From Hemiscyllium ocellatum (taxonomy: Eukaryota), in assembly GCF_020745735.1 (NCBI RefSeq), contig NC_083404.1, positions 11,904,001-11,968,000 on the forward strand: a DNA stretch of 64,000 nucleotides. Direction: 5' to 3'. The position numbers and the translations under genes are program-made. Positions 38,401 to 50,935 of the stretch are shown piece after piece. Numbering within the stretch: position 1 is the stretch's first letter; each line of letters opens with the position of its first letter. The notes under the pieces are model-generated. The model had not been told where the DNA came from. It was given only the letters and a program-made list of their open reading frames with translations, and made no database searches.

Positions 38401-40569
38401 TGCACATTGGCTGCTGTTTACCTACAGCTATATTTAAAGAGTTTTGACACCTCTTAATGACTTACTCCTGTCCTAGCTTGCTCCTGAAAGCTGGTTTTGT
38501 CTCATTGAAGACATTTTCTTTGAACAGGTATGAAAAGCAGATATTCCCAAATATTAGTTTTAATTTAGGAGCAAATTACTGCAGATGCTGGAATCTGTAC
38601 TGAAAACAAAAAATGCTGGAATTCACAGTGGGTCAGACAGCATCCGTGGAGAGACAGCAAGCTAATGTTTCATCTAGACTCTTGGTTGCTAGCTCAATAT
38701 AACTACACAACAACATGTTTGCAAATGCCAGCTGGGTCAAATGTTAGGACTGAAAATGTATCTTTCTGATCTATAAAAGTCATAATGTATAAAACAGTAC
38801 ACAAAGTGAACAAGAGGAAAATATTGAAAATAATTTTAATCAATGCACAATAGATAATAAAAGTATGCTCAGTTTAAATGTGGTTAAAGGAGATTAATCA
38901 ATTTAAAATTAATATTTAGGAATATCTGCTTTTAGTGCCTCTTCATAGAAAATATTCCACTTAAATATTCTCTGCCAGTGCACCTTTCTCCACTTCACCT
39001 GACAATGGAGCAGCACTCTGAAAGCTTGTGATTTTAAATACTAAACCTGTTGGACCATAACCTGGTGTTGTGTGACTTTTGACCTTGCCCATCCCAGTGC
39101 AACAACTGATATCTCTACATCATGGCTTCATGGGACGATTGGTGAAAGATGCATTTACCTTTTACAAAGGCTATCACAACTCTAATCTGGCCCCATTGAG
39201 CAATTCATTTATGCCAGGCTCTCTAGTAGGAAAAGAGTGGGCTTTTTAGTGTGGCCAGATAGCTGTCAGGAATGAATGTGAGCTTCGCAGTAGGTCAGTA
39301 CTGCATAGGTGTGTTGTGGCGTGAGAGTAGTGTCCCTGACTTTCTTAACAAGCAGACATGGGTTCAAGTCCCACCTGCTCCAGAGGTATGTAATAACATC
39401 TCTGAACAGGTGGTTAACTACTGATATTTTCTAATGCGGCTTTTCAGCTTTGGACCCCAATATCTTGTCATGTGATCCCAATGGGGGTTGGGAACCACAA
39501 TTTGATAAGCCATACACTAGAAATGGTGCTATGTGGGTGTGTGCAGTTCATATGGAGGTCAATGTGAAATACTGCCTTGAAAGGATGAAATAGCAATAAG
39601 GGCCACAAATGTGCTGCATCTATTTTTTTTTAAGCAGTTTGCCACTGCCTTTTTCAAAGGTGATCATTATTCTGAAGTATGTATTTCTGGTAATTTAAGT
39701 CACATGAAATTAAGTTTGGAGCTAAATCCACCCATGAAGACACTGAATTGAAAGGAGTTTTCTGCTCAGCTAGTGTGCTCTCTCTGCAGTGTGATTAGGA
39801 TGTGAGCTGTTTAATATTTGGAAAAATTGACCGAAAGCAACCAAAAAGGGGGATTTTATTGGAATTCTCCGGAAAAATTCATCTGTTACAATTCAATGTG
39901 TTAAGTCTGAATGTCCAGAATTGTACAATAAACCAAACCTTTTTACAAGGATGCACTAAGCAGATTTGTGCAATCTACAGCCAGAATTTCAAACACTTAT
40001 TAAAGGAGATTAAGAGGATTATCCAGTGTTCCAGTTCCCTTGATCCCTCTACCATTCCATCAACAAGCGGATCAAAGGGTCTTGTCAACTAATCAGATTT
40101 AAAATCTTGTTTATATGCTTTGTGAGAATTGGGAGAAATGCCTTGACTAACTTTTGTTCCATTGACCTTGTTTCAAAAATTATAATTTGTAAACCACTCA
40201 ATCCAATTTCTTAAGTATTTATCTTTGTGCAAAAGTATATGTGAAGCTTAGCAAGGATCTATTGTGCGCCTTCTAAATTTTCTGACTTTGAATTTTAAAG
40301 CAATGATAAAGCTTTTCGCACTAGGAAATACAGAAGGTTGCTTTAGTCAAAAAAACTTATAGCATTTTGGTTATTCCCATTTATCGTGGTCTGGGAAGTC
40401 AAATGTAAAATAAATTTTACATTACCTTTTGCAAGTAGCAATATTAACGTTGTCTCAGTCAGCATGGAATTTTAAGGTGCGACGTCTCTTTAAAGGACAA
40501 AGGAAGTAGGCAGCTCTTAGCTATAGAATCTACCAAAATTGAGATATAATGTACTTTGCACTGGTGTAA

Positions 40570-43000
40570 AAATAAACTGTTGGAGAACCTCAGCAAGTCT
40601 GGCAGCATTTGTAGAGAGAGAAGTTGGGTGACCATTTTAAGTCTCCAATATGACACTTCAATTCTGAAGAGAGGTGGAGAGCAATGATGTGTGTTGGGTC
40701 AAGTGGAACTGAAGGGAAGTTCTGGGAGATTGGATATCAAAGGTGTCAAAGGGAAAAAAAGAGGTGGCAATGTTGAACTGAAGACAAGGCGTACATCCAA
40801 GAGTGTGTATTAAAACAGAATAAAGATGACTTCTGCAGCAGTAATAGGGGAAAGTACTAAAACAGACAGAGTTCATGAAATTGGTGATCTCTGCTTTCAG
40901 TAGTCTGTATTGTGGGCGGCACAGTGGTTAGCACTGCTGCCTCACAGCGCCAGAGACCCGGGTTCAATTCCCACCTCAGGTGATTGACTGTGTGGAGTTT
41001 GCACGTTCTCCCTGTGTCTGCGTGGGTTTCCTCCGGGTGCTCCGGTTTCCTCCCACAGTCCAAAGATGTGCGGGTCAGGTGAATTGGCCATGCTGAATTG
41101 CCCGTAGTGTTAGGTAAGGGGTAAATGTATGGGTGGGTTGCGCTTCGGCGGGTCGGTGTGGACTTGTTGGGCCAAAGGGCCTGTTTCCACACTGTTGGAA
41201 ATCTATGGAAAAGGAAGTGCTGTTCCTCCTAATTGTACTAGGCTCCATGGAATCCTACAGCAAGTCTAGAACAGATGAGAGTAAGAACAGCATGTCGTAC
41301 TGAAATGGCAAGTGACTGGAAGGTTGGGGTTTTGTTTGCAGACTGAACACAGGTGTTCTGCAAAGCAGTCATCCAATCTGCATTTCTCAAAATATATAGG
41401 AGGCCATATGAGTAGTAAAAGAGGTACAATTAAATCACTGCATCACATGGTGTGTTTGGGGCAATAGTGAGGGAGGATGTAAAGGGCCTTGAACAAATAG
41501 TGAGGGAGGATGTAAAGGGCCAAGTATTACACCTTTTTGTAAGTGATAGAGTAAACCAGATGTTGCAGATGCAATAATCCCTACAGAACAGTCTCTGTGA
41601 AAGAAAAGGAAAGATATTTGTTGGAATTATGTTGGAGGTAGCAGAAATGCCAGAGAATGATTCTTTTGAATGTGGAGGCAGCGAGGTGAAAAGTGAGGGC
41701 AGGGAGAATCCTATCATGACGTTGGGATAGAGGGAAACCGGTAAGGGCAAAAATGTGTAATATGGGCTAAGGATCCAGTCAACCGCACTGGATGGGAGGA
41801 AATTATATCGAGATAAGTCTCCCTTTTTTCAGCACTAATATTGTGGCTTCTAGTATTATAAAAATAAATGTGATGGCGAAATGGAGTGCTTTCCAGGAAG
41901 ATGTGAGAAAGTATATTCACATAGTTGTGGGAGTTGGTGGATTTGTAATGAATGTTGGTAGACAGCCTATGCTTAGAAATAGGACTAGAAGTTCAGGAAG
42001 GGAATGAACAAGAATGATATGGACCAGGTAAAGATTTTTTAAAAAGGTGAAAATTGGAAGCAAAATTGAATTGAATTTTTCCAGTTCCAGTTGCGAGCAG
42101 GAAGCAACATCAATGTAGTTATTTGTTTTGGAGAAAGTGAGTTGTAGCAGGAAACTTAAATAGGACTGGAATAAGGAATGTTCTTTACTCAAAGACAAAC
42201 AAAACTAAGGCCCCTCTGGTATGTGCGTAACCACTTCTTAAAATATAATTTAGAGAAAGTAGGACGAGTTGAGAGAGAAATTTTACTGATGAGGAATGAG
42301 CTCAGTCAAACAGAGGAAAGTGGTGATGGATGTTGACTGTTCGGGTCTCTTCAGCACAGAGCCCTCAAACTGGCATAATAGGTTGCATAGAGGGTTATGT
42401 CCTTAGTGAAGAGAAGGAAGTTAGGGACAAAAACTTGAAAACTGTTGAACTAACACAAGGTGTCTGAATAATTACTGATATAGTTGTGAAGAGGCTGGAC
42501 AAGGAGAATAAGCAGCCAAGATAGGAGGAAATTTGTTGGAGAACATAAAATAGAAAGCTGCGGACAGAATACCTCCTCTGATGTTGAGGTCACCTACAGT
42601 CCTTGCAACAAATGCTGTGCTCAGTGCTACGATCGTGGTCCAGGGAGATGAGACATGTTTGAGAGTTGGCACTCAGTCTCTGCACCAGCAATCAGTATGG
42701 CAGATAACAACAGCATGTTGGCAGCATGTTTGAAAGCAAATTCAGAGTTAGTCCTCAGAGAGCCAAGTTTGGAATGTTTAGGGGAAAATCGATTGCACTT
42801 AGTGAGGGGAGCAGAGAAATTCAGGCAGCTTGAATGGTCTGATATGAAAACGTATCGGGTGGAAAGGTCTATTAAGTGGGGAGAGGGCCCCTGTCCAAAG
42901 AAGTGTGCAAAGAAGAGTTCAACGTCATACCTTGTTTTGGAATTCATTTCCAAGGCACAATAACAGTCAGTTTTCAAGATGTTTCCTCTTTGATACTATT
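40570..43000 (-). mobile_element. Old degenerate Penelope-like element (split by the SINE at 40914-41205)
   Basis: pLTR-like CTCAGCAAGTCTGGCAGCAT block; residual GIY-YIG (LYI..KCRLDDCFAEHL-like) and RT-like blocks; boundaries approximate. Confidence 0.55.
40914..41205 (+). mobile_element. HE1-like V-SINE (young)
   Basis: Near-identical to 46075-46397. Confidence 0.88.
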
Positions 43001-45737
43001 AACTTAATGCAAGTCTGTAATCTTGACTGTCTGTTAAGGACAACTTATGTTTCTGGTCTTTGTAACACCCATGAGTAATAGCAAAAAATGTGTAAGGTGG
43101 TGAGGCAAATAGTTGAGGCATATGACAATTTTGTGTATTTCTAATGGATTTTATCTCAATTATTTGAAGATTCATTTTCTTGTGGAAGGATTTTAATGTT
43201 AAAAGGAAACCAGCATTTTTGCTATTACTGATTAAGAGCTTGCACATTTCTATATACCTGTCTAGTCTCTTTACTGTAATTTCATGCAGCTCCTCTTTTA
43301 GCTTAGCTGCAAAGAAAGTTATTGCAATATGGCAAAATAAGTGGCTAATACCTAATTGTTTGCTTGAGAAATAAATTTAGCAAATGGAAGAGCTGCATTA
43401 AATTGATTATAACTCAAATTAAATTACATAAACTAGACCGGTGTGCAGTTTCTGCTCCAAGGAGAGCAAAGAACAATATATGCAACATTAAATAGCGGTG
43501 CAGCTGGAACCCACAAATATTCAAGAGTTTTAACCTTGCATAAAGCTCTACTTTAGGGTCTTTGTGGTGCAATGGTAGTGTCCCTACATCTGGGATCAAA
43601 TCCCACACTGCTTTAGAGGTGTGTCATAACATCTCTCAACAGATTGTTTAGAAATATGTATATAGCTCAGGGATAATTTGTTTTTTTTTGTCTAAATTGT
43701 TTGAAATAGAAAAAGATAAAAACAACAATTGTCATGTGATTTTAAAGAAATGTACAGAAAGAAATTTCAAGAATCTTACTGCTGTGGTCTGTTTAGACTA
43801 TACTTTGAATAGTTTTTATATTTGTAGTTCAATGTTTTTAAACTCCTAAACAGTTGGATGATGCATTTCCAATCTTGCTGATTAATTATACTGCTGTACT
43901 CTAGAAGGTGTTTTGTTTTAAATGTGCAGATAATACTTGATTCTGTTTCCAATCAAGTTGGTTTCTGTCATATTCTTTGATTTTAAGAATTTGTTTCTAT
44001 TTACTGAAATCCAAAGGATGGTTTGTTAATAACATCCTGTTGCTTTCCAACCGACATGAGGCTGCATGGATTGCTATCCGGAATAAACTACTTCTGTCAC
44101 CTCCCTCTTGCCTGCAATGTTCAGTTCCTTTTTTGAATAAGAAATTAACTTCTGAATTCCCACTCTGGCACTAACTGTTGGAGTAATATTTGTGGGTTCT
44201 AAGAAATTTAATTAATAGCCATCCCTATTTCCTTATGTAATTTTTTGTGGAAATATTTAGAGATTCTTCCTGGTGTGGGAATAGTTAGGGTTTCTTCCTT
44301 GCCTTATTCTTTTAGAAAAAAAACTAAACAAACATTTTGTAAATCAAGTGGGGATTTCCAAATCATTCAACTTTTGTGCTACATCATTATCTATGAAGGA
44401 ACAACAAACCATATTTGCTTCTATAAACTGGTTTGTGTTAATTGGAGACTTTTTTTATTAATGTTCCACAAGTGGATTGGGGAAATTCCAAATGTGCTTG
44501 CATGTAAAACATTATGCAAAAGATAAAGTTGAAGCACTCACCACAATCTTCAGCCAAAACTGCCAAGTGGATGATGCAGTGATCACCAGCATCACAGATG
44601 CCAGTCTTCAGCCAATTCGATTCACTCCATGTAATATCAAGAAATGGTTGAGGGAACTTGAATACAGCAAAGTCTATGGACCCTGACAGTGTTTCAGTGG
44701 TACTGAGGACCTTGTGGTTCAGAAATTATTTTTCCCCAAGCTGTTCAAGTGCAGTTATAACACTGGCATTTACCTGACAATGTGGAAAAATTGCCCAGGT
44801 CTGTCCTGTGTACACCGCCAATTCCTGCCCTATCAGTCTATTCTCGATTATTAGTAAAGTGATAGAAGTGCTATCAAGCAGCACCTCAGCAATAACCTGC
44901 CAGTGACACTTAGTTTAGGTTCCCCCGGGCCACTCAGCTTCTGACTTCATTACAAACACCATTCAAAGATAGACAAAAGCACTGAATTCCAGAGGTGAGG
45001 CTAAAGTGACAGCCCTTGACATCAAGGCAACATTCAACTGAATGGAGCATCAAGGAGTCCTAGAAAAACAGGAATCAGGTGGGTACTGGGGGCAGATTCT
45101 CCAGGTTGGAGTCATACCTGGCACATAGGAAGATGGTCATAGTTGTTGGAGATCCGTCATCTCGGCTCCAGGACCCTTCTGCTGGAGTTCGTCAGGGTAG
45201 TGTCCTAGGCCCAACCATCTTCAGCTGCTTCATCAATGACTTTCTTTCCATCATAAGATCAGAAATGGGATTGTTCAACAATGGTTTGGGCTTACAAATG
45301 GCAAGTAACATTCATACCAACCATTAGGAGACAATCTAACCACCATCCTTGATAGGAATGGTGTTACATGACTAAATTCTCCCTTATCAACATCCTGGAG
45401 GTTACCATTGACCAGAAGCTCAACTGAACTTGTCATAAACATGAGCAGATCAGAAGCTTGGAATACTGCAGTAAGTAACTCACCACCTGACTCCCCCAAA
45501 GCCTGTCCATCATCTACCAGGCACAAGTCAGAAGTGGTGGAATACTTCCCACTTGCCTGAATACATGCAAAACCAACAATGCTGAAGAAGCTCGATACCA
45601 TTCAGGTCAAACGACCAACTTGAATCGCACCATATCCACAAACACGCTGTCCCTCCACCACTGACATTTAGTAGTAGCAGTGTGCATCCTCAAGATGCAT
45701 TGCAAAGATCCTCACTTACCTGTTTTTTTTATTATAT

Positions 45738-46030
45738 TCTCTACAGTGTGGAAACAGGCCCTTCGGCCCAATCAGTCCACACCTGCGAAGAATAACCCAC
45801 CAAGACCTGTTTCCCCTCTGACTAATGCACCTAGCAATAGGGGCAACTTAGCCTGGCCAATTCACCTTGCCTGTACATCTTTAGACTGTGGGAGGAAACT
45901 GGAGCACCTGGAGGAAACCCACACAGACACTGGGAGAATGTGCAAACTCCACACAGACAATCATCCAAGGCTGGAATTGAACCTGGGACCCTGGTGCTGT
46001 GAGGCAGCAGTGCTAGCCACTGTGCTGCCG
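45738..46030 (-). mobile_element. HE1-like V-SINE
   Basis: Head, core and tail similarity. Confidence 0.85.
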
Positions 46031-46074
46031 CGGTTGAGTACTGCTTCAACAACATTCAAGCTTAACACCATCCA

Positions 46075-46397
46075 GGGCGGCACGGTGGCACAGTGGTTAG
46101 CACTGCTGCCTCACAGCACCAGAGACCTGGGTTCAATTCCCAACTCAGGCGACTGACTGTGTGGAGTTTGCACGTTCTCCCCGTGTCTGCGTGGGTTTCC
46201 TCCGGGTGCTCCGGTTTCCTCCCACAGTCCAAAGATGTGCGGGTCAGGTGAATTGGCCATGCTAAATTGCCCGTAGTGTTAGGTAAGGGGTAAATGTAGG
46301 GGTATGGGTGGGTTGCGCTTCGGCGGGTCGGTGTGGACTTGTTGGGCCGAAGGGCCTGTTTCCACACTGTAAGTAATCTAATCTAATCTAATCTAAT
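46075..46397 (+). mobile_element. HE1-like V-SINE, full length, young
   Basis: GGGCGGCACGGTGGCACAGTGG A-box, GGTTCAATTCC B-box, V-domain core, LINE-like tail GGGCCGAAGGGCCTGTTTCCAC, (TCTAA)n. Confidence 0.9.
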
Positions 46398-48222
46398 AAA
46401 GCAACGTACTTGACTGGTACCGCATCTACTCCCTCCACCACCAATGCTCAGTTCACCCCACTGCTTCTATCTATAGGTGCACAGCAGATACATGGGAACA
46501 TCACCTTCAAGTTCCCTCTCAGCTACTCACCATCCTGACTTGAAAAAATATATTTCTGTTCCTTCACTGTGACTGGGTCAAAATGCTGGGACCAGTACTG
46601 GATCAAAGGAAGATTGAAAGTAAACAGAAGCTAACTCTGCAGTTTTAATAAAAAGCTCAATTTAAACTTGAAGAAACTTGGTTACTTTTCTGCGGTAGTT
46701 AGTGTGAGTTATGTCTGATTCATTGATTCAGAAGACATTTTTGAAGTGAATCAGTCGCTTACAAACCAATGAAAGTTTCCAGAGAAGGATAACCTGAAAA
46801 ACAAGGGTTTAACCAGCTGAAGAAGGATCGTGTTAACATCGGGAAGCATAAACTACTGAGCTGGTTTCCGGATTTTTTTTCACCTTCCACAAATAATATA
46901 TTTTGCGCGCGCGTGTGTGTGTGTATATATAAGTGGATCAAAGTTTTAATTAGTGTTAAATGCCAGTAGTTTATCTGTTTTCCTATAATTTTAGTTTAAT
47001 TGCTTGTAATAAACCTGATTTTTGATTTCTATTAAACTTGCTCTGAACGTCAGATAAATTGGGGTGCTTTGTGTTCGTTAACTTTAACATTTGATACTCC
47101 TTTAAACAACAGGATTCAGTTATGGCACGCGAGCCCAGCAGGTCATGACAGCCTCATAATTTCTTACTTTCAATTAGCTCTGGGACTTATTCATCCTGTC
47201 TTTACTTTTTGTGGGAAAATTACTTTGTGCCTCAACTATCTCTCTTTGAAAAGTAACTTGTTGTTCAATCACTGTTTCTCCTGCCAACATTTGCATCTTA
47301 ACTGGATGATTTTCTTCTTGAGTTAATTATTCTTACTGTTTGTTTTTTTTTAGAATCCACTTGAACAAACAGGTAAATCTTTTTATCCAAAAGAAAGCTC
47401 TAGGAATAGGAAAGCAGAGAGTTCACCAGATTTTTGAAAACTGACTTATCTGGTTATTCTGAATGTATTATTTGTGGAACTGCATCTGTTTCAATAAAGT
47501 TTGGATACTCCAAGGATGTGATCTGCATTTTTAAAATATAATTTCATTCTTCTATTTAATGAGGTGATAGCAATGTTCCCATTGCATTATAGGTTTATTA
47601 GCATTGCTTGTGCAAGAGATGATAATGTTGGAAATATGTCCACATTGATGTCTTCTCCATTTTGTAAATCTACAGCCCCTTTTTCTTTTACAAAGGAGGT
47701 ATTATTAAATGGCAAAAGAATAGTTTGTATACTATAGAAAACATAGCTGCTGTTACCAGTTTCTGCAATCATTTGTTGATTATGCTCTGGGAATTATCCC
47801 AAGTCGGTGATTATAGCTGTTATTTACTTCCCCAACTGACAACTTAGTAACTTAGAACTTTCACTTCTTAAAAGCATTTCTTATGAAACAAAAACAAAAT
47901 ATAATGTGCTAAAAACATAAAACAAAAATGCTAGAAATTCCTCTCTACAAATGTTGCCTGGCTTGCTGGGTATTTTCTGTTTTATTCAACTGTTGAGTAT
48001 TTTCTTCAAATCTAACATTATTTGACCCTAAAGCAAGGGCAGTGTCAATTTTTGTTTTTTTTAATACATATTTTAGTCAATAAGTTTAAAACCAATTTGC
48101 ATAATTTTTAATGGCAATTTTCAACTATACTGAATAATGTATATTTCTGTGCAAGTATCTTAAAGAAGTGAAATTTAAAAGAATAAGATCAGGTACTGTC
48201 AGATGCTGACATGATTGAGGAT

Positions 48223-50935
48223 CTAGAATCCCTAGTGTGGAAACAGCCTGCTGGCCCAAAAAGTCCACACCGACCCTCTGAAGAGTAACCCACCCAGATC
48301 CATTCCCCCTATATTTACCCCTGACAAACGTACCTAACATACACATCCTGGAACACTCTGGGCACACCATCAAGGCAGCAGATAAAGGGGGCAAAGTGGT
48401 AATCTGGCGCACTGACCTCTACACCGCTGAAGCCCAACCCGCGCTGGCCTATTACCCGCCCTCGAGATCTTCATTTCCAACTGCCGCCGGGACATTAACC
48501 GCCTCAACCTGTTTACCCCCTCCCCACCCCCACCCCCACTCCAACCCCTCACCCTCACAACCCGCAGCCCTCCAATCCCAACCTCACCGTCAAGCCAGCA
48601 GATAAAGGGGGCGCAGTGGTAGTCTGGCGCACTGACCTCTACACCGCTGAAGCCAAACGCCAACTCGAGGACACCTCTTCCTACCATGACCCAACCCCAC
48701 CATCACCAAACTATCATCTCCCAGACCATACAGAACCTCATCACCTCAGGAGATCTCCCACCCACAGCTTCCAACCTCTTAGTCCGGGAACCCCACACTG
48801 CCCGGTCCTACCTCCTTCCCAAGATCCACAAGCCTGACCACCCTGGCCGACCCATTGTCTCAGCATGCTCCTGCCCCACTGAACTCATCTCTACCTACCT
48901 CAACATTGTTCTATCCCCCCCCCCAGTCCAGGAACTCCCCACATACATTCGAGACACCACCCATACCCTCCACCTCCTCCAAGACTTCTGTTTCCCCGGC
49001 CCCCAACACCTCATCTTCACCATGGATATCCAATCCCTCTACACCTCCATCTGCCATGACCAGGGCCTCCAAGCCCTCCGTTTTTTTTTCTCTCCCGACG
49101 TCCCCAACAGTACCCTTCCACCGACACACTCATTCGTTTGGATGAACTTGTCCTCACCCTTAACAATTTCTCCTTTGAATCCTCCCACTTCCTCCAGACC
49201 AAAGGGGTAGCCATTGGCACACGTACGGGCTCCAGTTATGCCTGTCTCTTTGTTGGCTACGTAGAACAGTCGATCTTCCGTAATTACACCGGCACCACTC
49301 CCCACCTCTTCCTCTGCTACATTGATGACTGCAATGGCGCCACCTCATGCTCCCGCGAGGAGGTTGAGCAATTCATCAACTTCACCAACACATTCCACCC
49401 TGACCTTAAATTTACCTGGACCATCTCTGACACCTCCCTCTCCTTCCTGGACCTCTCCATCTCCATTAATGATGACCGACTTGACAATGACATTTTTATC
49501 AAACCCACTGACTCCCACAGCTACCTGGATTACACCTCTACCCACCCTACCTCTTGCAAAAATGCCATTCCGTATTCCCAATTCCTCGGCCTCTGCCGTA
49601 TCTGCTCCCAGGAGGACCAGTTCCACCACAGAACACACCAGATGGCCTCCTTCTTTAGAGACCGCAATTTCTATTCCCACATGGTTAAAGATGCCCTCCG
49701 ATGCATCCCGTCCACATCCCGCACCTCCGACCTCAGACCCACCCCTCCAACCGTAACAAGGACAGAACGCCCCTGGTGCTCACCTTCCACCCTACCAACC
49801 TTCGCATAAACCAAATCATCCGCCGACATTTCCGCCACCTCCAAAAAGACCCTACCACCAGGGAGATATTTCCCTGCCCACCCCTTTCCGCCTTCCACAA
49901 AGACCGTGCTCTCCGTGACTACCTGGTCAGGTGCACGTCCCCCTACAACCCACCTTCCCATCCTGGCACTTTGCCCTGCCACCGCCGGAACTGTAAAACC
50001 TGTGCCCACACCTCCTCCCTCACCTCCATCCAAGGCCCTAAAGGAGCCTTCCACATCCATCAAAGTTTACCTGCACATCCACTAATATCATTTATTGCAT
50101 CCGTTGCTCCAGATGCGGTCTCCTCTACATTGGGGAGACTGGACACCTCCTAGCAGAGCGCTTTAGGGAACATCTCCGGGACACCAGCACCAATCAACCA
50201 CACCACACTGTGGCCCAACATACTCCCTCTCCCACTCTGCCGAGGACAAGGGGGTCCTGGGCCTCCTTCACCGCTGCTCCCTCACCACTAGACGCCTGGA
50301 GGAAGAACGCCTCATCTTTCGCCTCGGAACACTTCAACCCCAGGGCATCAATGGGGACTTCAACAGTTTCCTCATTTCCCCTTTCCCCACCTCACCCTAG
50401 TTCCAAACTTCCAGCTCAGCACTGTCCCCATGATTTGTCCTACCTGCCTATCTATTTTTCCACCTGTCCACTCCACCCTCCTCCCTGACCTATCACCTTC
50501 ATCCCCTCCCCCACTCACCTATTGTACTCCACGCTACTTTCTCCCTACCTCCACTCCCACCCTCCTCTAGTTTATCTCTCCACACTTCAGGCTCTCTGTC
50601 TTTATTCCTGATGAAGGGCTTTTGCCCGAAAGGTTGATTTTGCTGCTCCTTGGATGCTGCCTGAACTGCTGTGCTCTTCCAGCACCACTAATCCAAAATC
50701 TGGTTTCGAGCATCGGCAGTCATTGTTTTTACCACCGCAATGAAGCATAGCCAATTCACCTAAGCCCACATCTTTTGGATTGTGGGAGGAGACCAGAGCA
50801 CCTGGAGGAAACCCATGCAGACACAAGGAGCATGTGCAAACTCCACACAGACAGTTGCCCGAGGTGGGAATCAAACCCAGATCCCTGACGCTGTGAGGCA
50901 GCAGTGCTAACCACTGAGCCACCGTGCTGCCCCCT
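48223..50935 (-). mobile_element. HE1-like V-SINE split in two (48223-48364 and 50737-50935) by a Penelope insertion
   Basis: Tail half ends ...ACACTCTGGGCA; head half resumes GCAATGAAGCATAGCCAATTCACC. Confidence 0.8.
48365..50736 (+). mobile_element. Penelope-like element family A, 5'-truncated and frameshifted: RT plus GIY-YIG plus pLTR
   Basis: ADKGG, YLLPKIHK..PGRPIVS, MDIQSLYT, QTKGVAIG, YIDDC, FLD, KPTDSHSYL, PCHRRNCKTCAH, YIGET; pLTR with hammerhead motif at 50604-50640. Confidence 0.93.

Larger units (their letters stand above)
44520..46590 (+). mobile_element. CR1/L2-like LINE RT remnant with two SINEs inserted (related copy ~53700-54500)
   Basis: GV.QGSVLGPTIFSCFIND RT motif in ORF 45079-45327; LGVTIDQKL-like block. 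Confidence 0.75.

Noticed and set aside
46075-46150. tRNA gene (A and B boxes, cloverleaf-like)
   Set aside because: It is the tRNA-derived head of a multi-copy SINE that continues into the V-domain and a LINE-like tail.
46904-46930. (GC)n(GT)n(AT)n alternating tract with Z-DNA potential
   Set aside because: Short compound microsatellite; common and with no supporting context.
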